From a virus (lineage: Duplodnaviria > Caudoviricetes), in the IMG/VR virus record IMGVR_UViG_3300042539_002213, positions 1 to 60,518 of that record: 60,518 nt of DNA; one strand, 5' to 3'. The notes under the pieces are model-generated. The model saw nothing but the letters and a program-made list of their open reading frames with translations. It was not told the origin of the DNA and did no database searches. This document shows, one piece after another, positions 38,477-47,350 of the stretch. Numbering within the stretch: position 1 is the first letter of the stretch; every line of letters starts with the position of its first letter. A program made the translations under genes and the position numbers.

Positions 38477-38739
38477 TTGTATTTAGCCTTTTTTTTATTT
38501 ATGACTGCTGTAACAGTTTTTAACCCTGAGCTTTCTACATCGGTATTGTCTAGTACGTAGCCTTGACCGTCGTTATCGTAACCACTCCCGTAGCCATTTC
38601 CACAGCCACTGCCGTTATCGTAACCGCAGTGAAATCCACATCCTTTACCACTGCCATCGTCGTAGATATAGCCGTAACCTGTGCCTGCGCCGTGCCCGTA
38701 TCCGTTGCCTACCGGCATAAAGCGTTTAATTGTAGTCAT
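38473..38739 (-). CDS. Gly-rich (GxG repeat) small protein
   Basis: FMPVG leader, GYG/GNG repeats, KTVT and basic tail. Confidence 0.65.
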   Translation of the reverse strand: MTTIKRFMPVGNGYGHGAGTGYGYIYDDGSGKGCGFHCGYDNGSGCGNGYGSGYDNDGQGYVLDNTDVESSGLKTVTAVINKKKAKYK

Positions 38740-38763
38740 ATCTTTACCTGTTTTTGCCTATAA

Positions 38764-38801
38764 ACTAAAACGCCAGCAGCGTTCACCACTGGCGTTTTAG
38801 T
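38764..38801. terminator. Probable intrinsic terminator
   Basis: ACTAAAACGCCAG...CTGGCGTTTTAGT stem in an intergenic gap. Confidence 0.6.
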
Positions 38802-38817
38802 CTTGTTTAAGTTACTT

Positions 38818-39114
38818 TTACTCGACTACTTCGCGAATAGATACCCACTCTAGGTAGTCTCTAATTTCTTGTAAAATTGCTTCTGTTGCTGCTCGTTGTT
38901 TACCTTTTGTGCAGCTTAAAGTAGATTCTGTATTTATTTTACTTGAAATGTAGACATCTTCAGTGCAGACAAATCGGCTGTATTTATGTTCGCCCTCGGT
39001 TACTACTTTAGTATCTGCGTGGTAAAGTATTTCGTTTAAAAGCACAGCAAGCTGACCGGGTTTAGTTCTACTTGCTCTTTCTATTGCTTTAGGGCCTATT
39101 GGGTAATTAGACAT
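38818..39114 (-). CDS. Hypothetical protein
   Basis: 98-aa ORF with GAGGAG RBS. Confidence 0.65.
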   Translation of the reverse strand: MSNYPIGPKAIERASRTKPGQLAVLLNEILYHADTKVVTEGEHKYSRFVCTEDVYISSKINTESTLSCTKGKQRAATEAILQEIRDYLEWVSIREVVE

Positions 39115-39213
39115 TTTTACTCCTCATTTTTTACTGCAAACTGCACCGTTAGACACTAAATATTAGTTAGTACACTCCAGACGGCTTGTTTACATATGTA
39201 GTTTTATTTGTCA

Positions 39214-39468
39214 CTAAATAGCAGTGGTGATATAAACTGATTTAATCCCGTTTTCATCTAATATGCGATAGATGCTAGCGCGAAGCCAGCTATTTTCTGC
39301 ATCATCTTTTCCGAACTGGGTTGTTACAAAAGTTTTTTTACTCGTTGGATATAGGTATTCGTCAGACATGGCTGTTTCAACTTCATCGTAAGTTTTACCT
39401 GTATCCTGCATGATGCAACCAATTATTTCATTAACTTCACATGAAAGTTGTGTTTTAAGCTTATTCAT
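39214..39468 (-). CDS. Hypothetical protein
   Basis: Likely start MNKLKTQ. Confidence 0.6.
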   Translation of the reverse strand: MNKLKTQLSCEVNEIIGCIMQDTGKTYDEVETAMSDEYLYPTSKKTFVTTQFGKDDAENSWLRASIYRILDENGIKSVYITTAI

Positions 39469-39475
39469 CTTTTTC

Positions 39476-39949
39476 CTAGTTGTCAGAGTCAATAGCATCA
39501 ATTATTTGTTTAGCCAGCTGATTTGCCGCGATGGCTTTATGGTTAGGTAAAAGCATATTAGAACCCAGTAATACCTCTTTAACCTTTAAAATTCGCTTAT
39601 CTGTAAAGCAGTCTTTCATTATTTTTTCTGCTTCAGTTGCGCATTTTTGGATTTTATTTACTAGTTGTTCGCCTAGTAAACTAAAAGTTCCTACACCGAA
39701 GCTAAAATTGTGTTTAAAACCCATGTAACCGTTCCACCCATGGCACAGTGAACGTGCACCTATGGCCCATCGACACTCAAAACCTTCAGCTTTTAGCAGA
39801 TTAAAAATAGAATATTGATAAGTAGTTGCTGCGTTATTCATATCTTCCTCAGGTATTCCTTCAAAACAAATACCGCTATAGACACGTAACCACTCTGTGT
39901 TTGAACATATTTCTAGGGTTAGTTTAGGTATCAAGTGTGCATCCCCCAC
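39476..39949 (-). CDS. Hypothetical protein
   Basis: 157-aa ORF. Confidence 0.6.
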   Translation of the reverse strand: MGDAHLIPKLTLEICSNTEWLRVYSGICFEGIPEEDMNNAATTYQYSIFNLLKAEGFECRWAIGARSLCHGWNGYMGFKHNFSFGVGTFSLLGEQLVNKIQKCATEAEKIMKDCFTDKRILKVKEVLLGSNMLLPNHKAIAANQLAKQIIDAIDSDN

Positions 39950-40566
39950 CAGCTAGAGTTATCTCCGACTCGGACTGTAAACGTTTGACCTGCACCTGGG
40001 CCGTGGTAGATAATTCCACCGTTGTATCCACGCGCGTAACGAATTTTGACGTACTGATGCTTGTCAGCTGACCATCTGCGTTCAGTGATGTCTTGACGAT
40101 TTGGCATTTCTTCTATAATCTGAAGCTGCCGATTAACATTTTTAGTTACGTTTTCTCTAGCGGTGTAATGCTGGCGATCTTCTTCGCTTAGTTCTTGTAA
40201 CTTTTTATCGTATAGCTCCTGCCAGGCTTCAGCACTTACTGGCCTGTACGTTACAAAGCCAAAGCTGTTAAACGACCCGTCGTCATGTAGAAGGTATTTA
40301 AGCCGTGGAACTTTTATCCCGGAAACTTCAACGTCGTCCACCTTTAACCTGTTTAACATATTACAAAACTGCTGCGCAGCTTGATTTGCCATTTCAACTG
40401 AACCGGCATGGTGTAGACCTGTAATCCAGCCCAGGATGCTGCCCATGCGGGCTTCTGCTTTTTCCGACAAGTAGACGTTAGACGGAAAACCCTTAATATT
40501 TAAGTATCCGTAAATTGTGTCTAACGTTTGGTTTAGTTCTTTTTCTAGTTCAATTGTGCTCATCAT
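39931..40566 (-). CDS. DUF4120-like protein
   Basis: C-terminal YNGGIIYHG...TFTV...WGMHT motif. Confidence 0.6.
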   Translation of the reverse strand: MMSTIELEKELNQTLDTIYGYLNIKGFPSNVYLSEKAEARMGSILGWITGLHHAGSVEMANQAAQQFCNMLNRLKVDDVEVSGIKVPRLKYLLHDDGSFNSFGFVTYRPVSAEAWQELYDKKLQELSEEDRQHYTARENVTKNVNRQLQIIEEMPNRQDITERRWSADKHQYVKIRYARGYNGGIIYHGPGAGQTFTVRVGDNSSWWGMHT

Positions 40567-40684
40567 TTAACCCTTTGTGTGGACTGTATTCGTTTGATTC
40601 TTGCGTTCGTGTCGTTGCATGATTCAATTAACATAACAATAAACGCAAATACAATTAAAAAAACTATTACACCTGCTTTTTCCA

Positions 40685-40897
40685 TTAGCTTTCTTCTTTA
40701 TCGGATCTAGGAGGTAACAAGGTGACAAGCATTACTGCGTCTACAAACAGATCGTTTAACGCTACTTGGATATCCGAGCGGTCAGTATTTTTTTCTTCTA
40801 GCTTGTAAATCCATTGTTTAATTGACTCAAAAATGTTATCCGGATAGTTAGGTTGACTAACAGGCTCGCCGTCTTCTGTGTAAATTCTAAGTGTCAT
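40685..40897 (-). CDS. Hypothetical protein
   Basis: Likely start MTLRIY after GGAG. Confidence 0.55.
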   Translation of the reverse strand: MTLRIYTEDGEPVSQPNYPDNIFESIKQWIYKLEEKNTDRSDIQVALNDLFVDAVMLVTLLPPRSDKEES

Positions 40898-40910
40898 TAA
40901 TTTCTCCAAT

Positions 40911-40936
40911 AAAAAACCCACCGTTTAAGGTGGGTT
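40911..40936 (-). terminator. Intrinsic terminator downstream of dcd
   Basis: AACCCACC/GGTGGGTT stem followed by a U-run on the minus strand. Confidence 0.7.
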
Positions 40937-40964
40937 GTGTTTGTTTAAGTTTTGAAGCTAGCTG

Positions 40965-41528
40965 TTATCTATTCCACTCTTGGTGTTCAAGATAAATCTT
41001 GCTAGCGACCGGTTCATTTTGCTGTTGGTACTTACCTGAATACAGTTTCAACGGCACCTCGGATTCTGAAACTGGATTTAGAACACTGTGGAAAAACACC
41101 TGACAAATGCGCATACCTGCGTAGATGCGTATTGGGTAAATGGTTGAAACTTCTAGCGTCCATTTTCCATTAAACCCTAGATCACCAAAACCTGCTGTTG
41201 CATGTACGTTAATTCCAAGTCTACCAATAGACGAGCGACCTTCAATGCAAGGCACATATTTATCTGAAAATGTACGCTCAACTGTTGACATTAGATAGAG
41301 TTTATTTGGCTGCAAAATAATACCACTGCTATCAAACTCGTATTCGTCCATAGGTATGACTTTAGCGGTATCAAAAAAAGATAAGCTTGAAATCCAAGGT
41401 AGCTCTGCAACTTTATTTGAAAGTCGCATGTCGTACGAGTTTGGGCCAATTTGGTCTTCGTTAAAAGGTTCAACTTCAATCGAACCGTTTTGGACACAAT
41501 GTTTAATAGCTTTTCCAGTTAGTATCAC
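40965..41528 (-). CDS. dcd: dCTP deaminase
   Basis: GPNSYDMRL, EGRSSIGRLGI, AGFGDLGFNGKWTLE, RICQ and YSGKYQ motifs. Confidence 0.92.
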   Translation of the reverse strand: MILTGKAIKHCVQNGSIEVEPFNEDQIGPNSYDMRLSNKVAELPWISSLSFFDTAKVIPMDEYEFDSSGIILQPNKLYLMSTVERTFSDKYVPCIEGRSSIGRLGINVHATAGFGDLGFNGKWTLEVSTIYPIRIYAGMRICQVFFHSVLNPVSESEVPLKLYSGKYQQQNEPVASKIYLEHQEWNR

Positions 41529-41601
41529 TATTCACCTCTTGAAGAACAAAATATGTAAAACATAACAGCAGCTACGACTAGTGCTATTACAGGTACAGGT
41601 A

Positions 41602-41817
41602 TCATTTTCGTTTTGACTCTTTCTTACTTTCTTTCCAATCAGTAGCAAGTAATCCCGCAGAAACAGCCTGAGCTACTTGTTCGATTGTATCGTAATGAAT
41701 AGGTTTGCCTCCTGTACGCAAGATAAAACCATTTTGAATTTGCGTAATACGCACACTAGTAGTCGTGTCGTTGCCTTCGGATGTTACAATAAAGTTTGGC
41801 ACGATTGAAGAATTCAT
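41602..41817 (-). CDS. Hypothetical protein
   Basis: 71 aa; AGGAG RBS; IQNGFIL motif. Confidence 0.6.
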   Translation of the reverse strand: MNSSIVPNFIVTSEGNDTTTSVRITQIQNGFILRTGGKPIHYDTIEQVAQAVSAGLLATDWKESKKESKRK

Positions 41818-41829
41818 TTTTCTCCTAAA

Positions 41830-42081
41830 TTAGGTTAAGCATTTAGTACACCACCAGTAACAGGCAGTCTCGGCTGTCTGGCACCAGTATTTCTCTCCCG
41901 GAGTAAGCTTTTTGCGGCAAATACCGCAAACTATGTTTCTACTTCTAGCCGGTAAAGTTTTAAGAATAGGACCGAACGATTCGTCCTGAACAATTTGCGG
42001 TTTTTCTTCCTGCAATTTTTCCTGTTTTTCTTCCTGTTTGGGCGTTCCGACTAACTCATTCAGGTAGTCATCAATGTTCAT
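41830..42081 (-). CDS. Small Zn-finger protein
   Basis: CGIC...CTKC. Confidence 0.6.
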   Translation of the reverse strand: MNIDDYLNELVGTPKQEEKQEKLQEEKPQIVQDESFGPILKTLPARSRNIVCGICRKKLTPGEKYWCQTAETACYWWCTKCLT

Positions 42082-42593
42082 GCTTTAGGTTCAACATCGT
42101 AGATGTTATCCTTTCCAAGTATAAGAAGTGCGTTTTTTTCGTGATTGTCTTTTTTGATGTTGGCGTAAGCTTGTTTGCTAACAATATCCGCAAACTCGTT
42201 TAGCTTAATTGTTTGCCTTTCAAGCCAGTGCGTGTGAATTAAAAGACCGTAAGACAAAAACTGATCTAGAAATTTACGGCAGATATGTCCGTTACCTTTG
42301 TTAGAAGCTACAACTTGGCTATCAGTAACAATATGAACGGTTCGGAACTTACCTTTTTCACCTTGCGTGGCATACCACATTAGAGGTTGAACATAAGCCA
42401 TAAACTCTGCTACGTTTACTGTTCCTCTGTTTAAGCTACCGGCCCATACTTCTCGTTTAAAGGTCGCTCTTTCAATAGATACACAACCCCAGCCGCAGCC
42501 GTATTCCCAATTGCTGCCGGATCCGTCACCAATTAGCAACAGATCCCATTTGTCAATTTTTAAGTGAGCAAGTAGCTCATCTACTGTTTTCAT
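42078..42593 (-). CDS. RNase H-like protein
   Basis: IGDGSG, TVNVAEF, IVTDSQ and NEFAD match the RNase HI D-E-D-D pattern. Confidence 0.8.
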   Translation of the reverse strand: MKTVDELLAHLKIDKWDLLLIGDGSGSNWEYGCGWGCVSIERATFKREVWAGSLNRGTVNVAEFMAYVQPLMWYATQGEKGKFRTVHIVTDSQVVASNKGNGHICRKFLDQFLSYGLLIHTHWLERQTIKLNEFADIVSKQAYANIKKDNHEKNALLILGKDNIYDVEPKA

Positions 42594-42640
42594 AGTGAAT
42601 TAATGTTGTAAAAACAAATAATTTTGCTTTATAAGTTTTA

Positions 42641-42820
42641 TTAATCAAAATCTATTTCCGTAATTAAAAACGGATGATTTACGTCTAGAGCATCTAGTTC
42701 TTCGGTAAAATCTAGTTTACAGGCAGGGTAAAATTCACCGTTTATTTGAACTGTAATATCCATTTGCAGTTGTTCCTGTGTAAACTTGTTAAGTTTATTC
42801 AACAATTCCTTATAGGTCAT
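42641..42820 (-). CDS. Small hypothetical protein (59 aa)
   Basis: Hand-translated MTYKELLNKLNKFTQEQLQMDITVQINGEFYP...; below the ORF-track cutoff. Confidence 0.6.
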   Translation of the reverse strand: MTYKELLNKLNKFTQEQLQMDITVQINGEFYPACKLDFTEELDALDVNHPFLITEIDFD

Positions 42821-42886
42821 AGGTTTTTTTACTCGTTTTAAATTGACATCGCTATTGCCTGTAGATTTTAGGTTTTTTATGTGCTA

Positions 42887-43210
42887 TTAACATGCTGTAA
42901 GTGTGTGATATTCTTGCCAGGTAGTAGACCAGTCCATAACTGGAATGGCTTTAAATCCAAATTTATCTGACCAGCGACTATCAGAACTAGCGGCGTACGT
43001 GCCGCCAAATGCGAAAGGTGTTTTACCTTCAGGTGCATTAGATTCCGGAAAAAGTCTATCGCTATCCGGGTCGATAACAAAAACCGGCGTTACCCCGTCT
43101 GGCTGAAAAGGTCCCGGTAGATTTTTTATCAGGATGTAGTCGTGATTTTTTAGCAGGCTTCTATTATCTGAAGCCGTCGATGGGTGTTTGTACAAATTCA
43201 CTCTTAACAT
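42887..43210 (-). CDS. Hypothetical phage protein
   Basis: Likely start MLRVNLY; FGGTYAASSDSRW motif. Confidence 0.65.
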   Translation of the reverse strand: MLRVNLYKHPSTASDNRSLLKNHDYILIKNLPGPFQPDGVTPVFVIDPDSDRLFPESNAPEGKTPFAFGGTYAASSDSRWSDKFGFKAIPVMDWSTTWQEYHTLTAC

Positions 43211-43565
43211 TTTCTTCCTTTGTATCTTCAAAAAATTCTTCAAGCGTAAAACGAGGCGTTCGGCAACTAGCGTGAAAATAATCATTGCCAAGGTTAGCAA
43301 GCCTAGCTGCAGCAAAAGCGTAAATACCCATTTTGAATACTGCACCAATGCTATCGAGCCAGACTGCTAACCCAGACATAGGCAAATAAAGAATGCCGCA
43401 ACAAAACGCTGCAACATAAGGTGAGAGGCAAAAAGGACAACTAAGTAGCTCTCCTATTTTACTTTCCCAATTCTCGACAATAGCTCGCCACCCTGCAAAA
43501 AGGGACGAGTGATGCCATATTTCTACTATTTGCCATGTAGCTAAAGCTGCAACGATTAATTCCAT
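43164..43565 (-). CDS. DUF1360-like membrane protein
   Basis: Likely start MELIVAALATWQI; GELLSCPFCLSPY motif with hydrophobic helices. Confidence 0.7.
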   Translation of the reverse strand: MELIVAALATWQIVEIWHHSSLFAGWRAIVENWESKIGELLSCPFCLSPYVAAFCCGILYLPMSGLAVWLDSIGAVFKMGIYAFAAARLANLGNDYFHASCRTPRFTLEEFFEDTKEENVKSEFVQTPIDGFR

Positions 43566-43697
43566 TTGGATTACGATCCTATAATTCGCAATGTCACGTA
43601 AAACAACAAAAACGAAAAAATACACAGTCCAAAATTACCTGTAAACATCAGGTAAAGACTAGTGCATAGTAATCCAAGACACCAAATTGCCAAAGGC

Positions 43698-43922
43698 TTA
43701 TCCATCATTTTCCTCCGGGTTTTCCGGAGGAGACCAGCTATTTAAGACAACTCTATCTGAGGGAGGTGCACCTTCACCTGCGGCTAGTTCCTCCAACGGT
43801 TTTTCCGTTGGAGTAGTGTATTGATGGACTAGCAGCTGCTTTGGAGCAAGTCTAGACGTAGGCCAATTCAGCGGACGCCATTGTTTTCTCCGGCTAAAAG
43901 CGAAAGCACTTCTGGTTGGCAT
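43698..43922 (-). CDS. Small hypothetical protein
   Basis: 74 aa with a GGAGG RBS. Confidence 0.45.
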   Translation of the reverse strand: MPTRSAFAFSRRKQWRPLNWPTSRLAPKQLLVHQYTTPTEKPLEELAAGEGAPPSDRVVLNSWSPPENPEENDG

Positions 43923-43944
43923 TGCGGCCTCCCCCTCTTAAAAG

Positions 43945-44118
43945 TTAGTCTTGATCTTGGTCAACTGGTGGGCCTAGTATTGCATTTTGCAAACTACTAG
44001 TAGCTGTTAAAATTCCACTGCAAGCTAGAATAACTAGCTTAACTGAAAAGCTTGTTAGCCCAATTATAGCTTTTACAAGCCCGACTAGTAATTCAAAAAC
44101 TACATCGCTCATTTTCAT
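43945..44118 (-). CDS. Small hydrophobic protein (57 aa)
   Basis: Hand-translated MKMSDVVFELLVGLVKAIIGLTSFSVKLVILACSG...; starts 4 bp from the terminase ATG. Confidence 0.5.
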   Translation of the reverse strand: MKMSDVVFELLVGLVKAIIGLTSFSVKLVILACSGILTATSSLQNAILGPPVDQDQD

Positions 44119-44122
44119 AAAA

Positions 44123-47100
44123 ATGACCTCATCTTACGAAGAAATTAAAAACGCCAGAATGACGGCAAGTCAAGTTCTGGCTGCCGAACAGGCCCATGAT
44201 CCCTATGCAATTAGCGAAAATAAGCTGCTAGAGACAGCTATTTCCCAGGGTTACAGGCCGATATCTACTAGTAACGTTACAGACAGACGGCTGCACTTGG
44301 CAAAGTTTATGCTGGCAGATTCAGGGTATCTGACTTTGCAACCGCTTTTGCCTTTGCTTTTGTCTATCCGTGGTAAACCTTATCACTTACACGATCACTT
44401 TCCTTTTGCTCCTTTCTTTAGAACGAGAATGGCGCGAAAAACATTGTTAAAAACGGGCCGCCAAGTGTCGAAAACACTTAAAAAAGATTCTGAATTTAAT
44501 CGGGTTTACGATACATTTGGAAGGCGATACGCTCTACCGGATATTCAACCGGGGCTTAAAGTCCAATCATTAGACACTTCTAATTTTCAAACATGCGAAC
44601 AAGAAGTAGTCTGCCAGCACGCTAACCCAAGAAAAACCTGCTACTACGTGCGAACAAGGCGTGGTGTGGAAATGGAGTTAGCTGAAACGCATCCAATTTA
44701 TACCTACGAAGGATGGACTGCTATTTCAGAGCTAGAAGTAGGCGCACGAATCGCACACGTACGACAAGGAGGTAGATTTGGTCAGCTAAAAATAGAACAA
44801 GACAGAGTCTGTATTACGGCATACATGCTTGGAGACGGTTCATTTCGAGGTAATTATAGTTTTACAGCTGATAGAAACTCACAAGCTATTGTAGAGATGC
44901 GAAACTATTTAAAAGATTTTCGAGAGTACCCTAAAGAAGGAAGTACAGCTAACTCTCTAGTTCTTAATAAAGACCACAAAATTTATACTTGGGCAAAACA
45001 AGATAACTTAAACGGAAAGCTTGCACATGAAAAACACATGCCAGATTGGGTTTTTTTACTGTCTAGACAAGATACGCGTGTGTTTATTGAAAAACTTTGG
45101 GCTACAGACGGTATGGTTAAACCAACCAAAAATAAAGCCACAATAAGTTATACTTCTACGTCTAGATCTTTAGTCTATGACCTTAAATCTTTGCTTTCAA
45201 AGTTTGGTATACCTGTATCTATAAAAGAACGGCAGGGTGCTTATCGAAAGCTAACCGGTGAAATTGTTAGGTGTCGACGTTATTGGGTGCTTAGGGTAGA
45301 GACTCAAGAAGGGTGGCAGAAATTTTTTAAAGAGTTTTCAGTTCCGGACAAACCTAAATTTGAATTACCTAAATTAAAGTCAAACAACAATCGCTATACG
45401 ACACCTATTCAAATCAGCAGTCTTATAGCTGAAATAGCCGGAGAATGTCGTGGAATTAATAGTCACGGTGAAAACGCAACTTCACTTTTTAAACACAAAC
45501 TTAGAGTTAAACCTAAATATGCAGTTTCAAAAGAAAAGCTAAAGAAATACTTAAAGTTTTTTAAAACTCAGCGGGCAGATCATCATAAATTAAATGAATT
45601 TGAAAAGTATGTAAGTAACGATATTGACTGGGATGAAATTGTTGAAATTCAAAATATAGGAGAACACGAGTGTATAGACATTGAAGTAACTAACACTCAC
45701 AACTATCTGCTAGATGGAATAGCTTCTCATAATTCAACGTCACTTGCAGCTCAGGGAGTTTTGTTCTCAAACTGCATCCCGTACTTTAGCACGTTGTTTT
45801 TGACCCCGCTTTTTGAAATGATACGACGGTTCTCCCAGAACTACGTAGCACCGTTTATTGAAACCAGTCCTGTAGGCAAGTTGTTTACAGATGAAAAAAC
45901 TATTAACAACGTGCTACAGCGGTCATTTAAGAATCGGTCTCAAATGATCTTTTCTTTTGCTTACTTAGATGCTGAAAGAACACGGGGTATCTCTGCAGAC
46001 AAAAATTGTATTGACGAAATTCAAGATATGGATATTTCGTTTCTACCAATTATCCATGAGACAATTTCTGCATCCAGAAGCTGGGGTATTATCCAGTACG
46101 CAGGCACACCTAAGACACTTGATAACACGATTGAAAGGCTTTGGATTGACAGTTCCATGGCCGAATGGCTTATCAAATGCCCGCACGGAGGGTGCGGACA
46201 CTGGAACATACCGGCACTTGAGCATGATCTACTAAAGATGATTGGCCCAGTGCATAAAGAAATTAGTGAAACTTGCCCGGGTGTGATTTGTTCTAAGTGT
46301 GCAAAACCTATTAATCCCAGACCGCCTTACCAGGGTGGAACAGGCCGATGGGTACACCGTCATCCGTCTAAACGCTGGAAGTACGCTGGTTATCACGTGC
46401 CGCAGCTAATCATGCCTATGCATTATGCTAGCGTAGAAAAATGGCAGATACTTGTTGATAAGATGAACGGTAAAGGCAATACGCCTATTCACGTTTTTTA
46501 CAACGAAGTTTGTGGTGAATCTTGGGACAGCGGCAGTAAACTTGTTACAGTTACCGATCTTAAACGAGCTGCATGCTTGCCCTGGGAAAACAAACTAGAC
46601 GAAGCTCAAAATAATATCGAAGGCTATCTTTATAGGTTTGTTTCGGTCGACTGGGGTGGTGGCGGTGTAAGTAACGGTAAAAGCGATTTAGCTTTGCAGT
46701 CTTACACTTCTATTGCAGTGTGCGGCCTTTGTCCTGATGGTCGCGTAGATATTATTTACGGCTTTAGAAGCATGCACCCGCATGATCACATCCGAGAAGC
46801 TAAGCTGATTCTTGGAATAATGGCAGCGTTTAAATGCTCGCACGTAGTTCACGACTACACAGGAGCAGGTACAGTTAGAGAAACTGTTTTAGTGCAAGCT
46901 GGATTACCTATACGCAACATTTTGCCTGTAGCTTACACGGGACCAGCTAAAGGTGGCTTGATTTTGTTCAAGCCAGCAATACCTAAGCACCCCCGGGCAC
47001 ATTATGCAATGGATAGAAACCGTGCGCTTAATTACTGTTGCCAGTTTATTAAAAGCGGCGTGATACGGTTTTTCAGATACGATTACAAAGGATCAGATGA

Positions 47101-47350
47101 CGTTGGCCTCTTGCACGATTTTCTAAATCTTATTGAAGATAAATCTGAATCTGGATCTGGAAGAGACACCTACAAAATTCTACGCGATCCATCTGGACCC
47201 GATGACTTTGCGCAGGCTGTAACGATGGGAACGCTGATGCTATTTCAAATGCGCGGTCAGTTTCCTGACTTATCTGCCTACGAAGATATTGAGCTATCCG
47301 ATGACGTTATAGTATCATCTCAAGGCATTAAAGATCTTGATTGGTACTAG
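44123..47350 (+). CDS. terL: Terminase large subunit (GpA-like) with intein
   Basis: Spliced Walker A GRQVSK|STS, Walker B IDEIQD, AGTPK, Cys-rich Zn segment, nuclease VDWGGG...DDFAQA. Confidence 0.88.
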   Translation: MTSSYEEIKNARMTASQVLAAEQAHDPYAISENKLLETAISQGYRPISTSNVTDRRLHLAKFMLADSGYLTLQPLLPLLLSIRGKPYHLHDHFPFAPFFRTRMARKTLLKTGRQVSKTLKKDSEFNRVYDTFGRRYALPDIQPGLKVQSLDTSNFQTCEQEVVCQHANPRKTCYYVRTRRGVEMELAETHPIYTYEGWTAISELEVGARIAHVRQGGRFGQLKIEQDRVCITAYMLGDGSFRGNYSFTADRNSQAIVEMRNYLKDFREYPKEGSTANSLVLNKDHKIYTWAKQDNLNGKLAHEKHMPDWVFLLSRQDTRVFIEKLWATDGMVKPTKNKATISYTSTSRSLVYDLKSLLSKFGIPVSIKERQGAYRKLTGEIVRCRRYWVLRVETQEGWQKFFKEFSVPDKPKFELPKLKSNNNRYTTPIQISSLIAEIAGECRGINSHGENATSLFKHKLRVKPKYAVSKEKLKKYLKFFKTQRADHHKLNEFEKYVSNDIDWDEIVEIQNIGEHECIDIEVTNTHNYLLDGIASHNSTSLAAQGVLFSNCIPYFSTLFLTPLFEMIRRFSQNYVAPFIETSPVGKLFTDEKTINNVLQRSFKNRSQMIFSFAYLDAERTRGISADKNCIDEIQDMDISFLPIIHETISASRSWGIIQYAGTPKTLDNTIERLWIDSSMAEWLIKCPHGGCGHWNIPALEHDLLKMIGPVHKEISETCPGVICSKCAKPINPRPPYQGGTGRWVHRHPSKRWKYAGYHVPQLIMPMHYASVEKWQILVDKMNGKGNTPIHVFYNEVCGESWDSGSKLVTVTDLKRAACLPWENKLDEAQNNIEGYLYRFVSVDWGGGGVSNGKSDLALQSYTSIAVCGLCPDGRVDIIYGFRSMHPHDHIREAKLILGIMAAFKCSHVVHDYTGAGTVRETVLVQAGLPIRNILPVAYTGPAKGGLILFKPAIPKHPRAHYAMDRNRALNYCCQFIKSGVIRFFRYDYKGSDDVGLLHDFLNLIEDKSESGSGRDTYKILRDPSGPDDFAQAVTMGTLMLFQMRGQFPDLSAYEDIELSDDVIVSSQGIKDLDWY
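44474..45733 (+). mobile_element. Intein (420 aa) with LAGLIDADG homing endonuclease, inserted in the terminase P-loop
   Basis: Begins TLKKDS; block B AETHPIY; endonuclease blocks AYMLGDGS and LWATDG; block F CIDIEV..HNY; ends GIASHN followed by S. Confidence 0.9.

Noticed and set aside
38198-38739. Diversity-generating retroelement template/variable repeat pair
   Set aside because: No reverse transcriptase is present in the window, and the two ORFs do not differ only at adenines.
38803-40951. Shared TTGTTTAAGTT next to two terminator hairpins as a regulatory box
   Set aside because: The AT-rich word also occurs inside coding sequence (e.g. near 28619), so chance cannot be excluded.
44474-45733. 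Class 3 intein
   Set aside because: It lacks the W-C-T signature (block B HPI, block F Asp at the key position, block G Ser).
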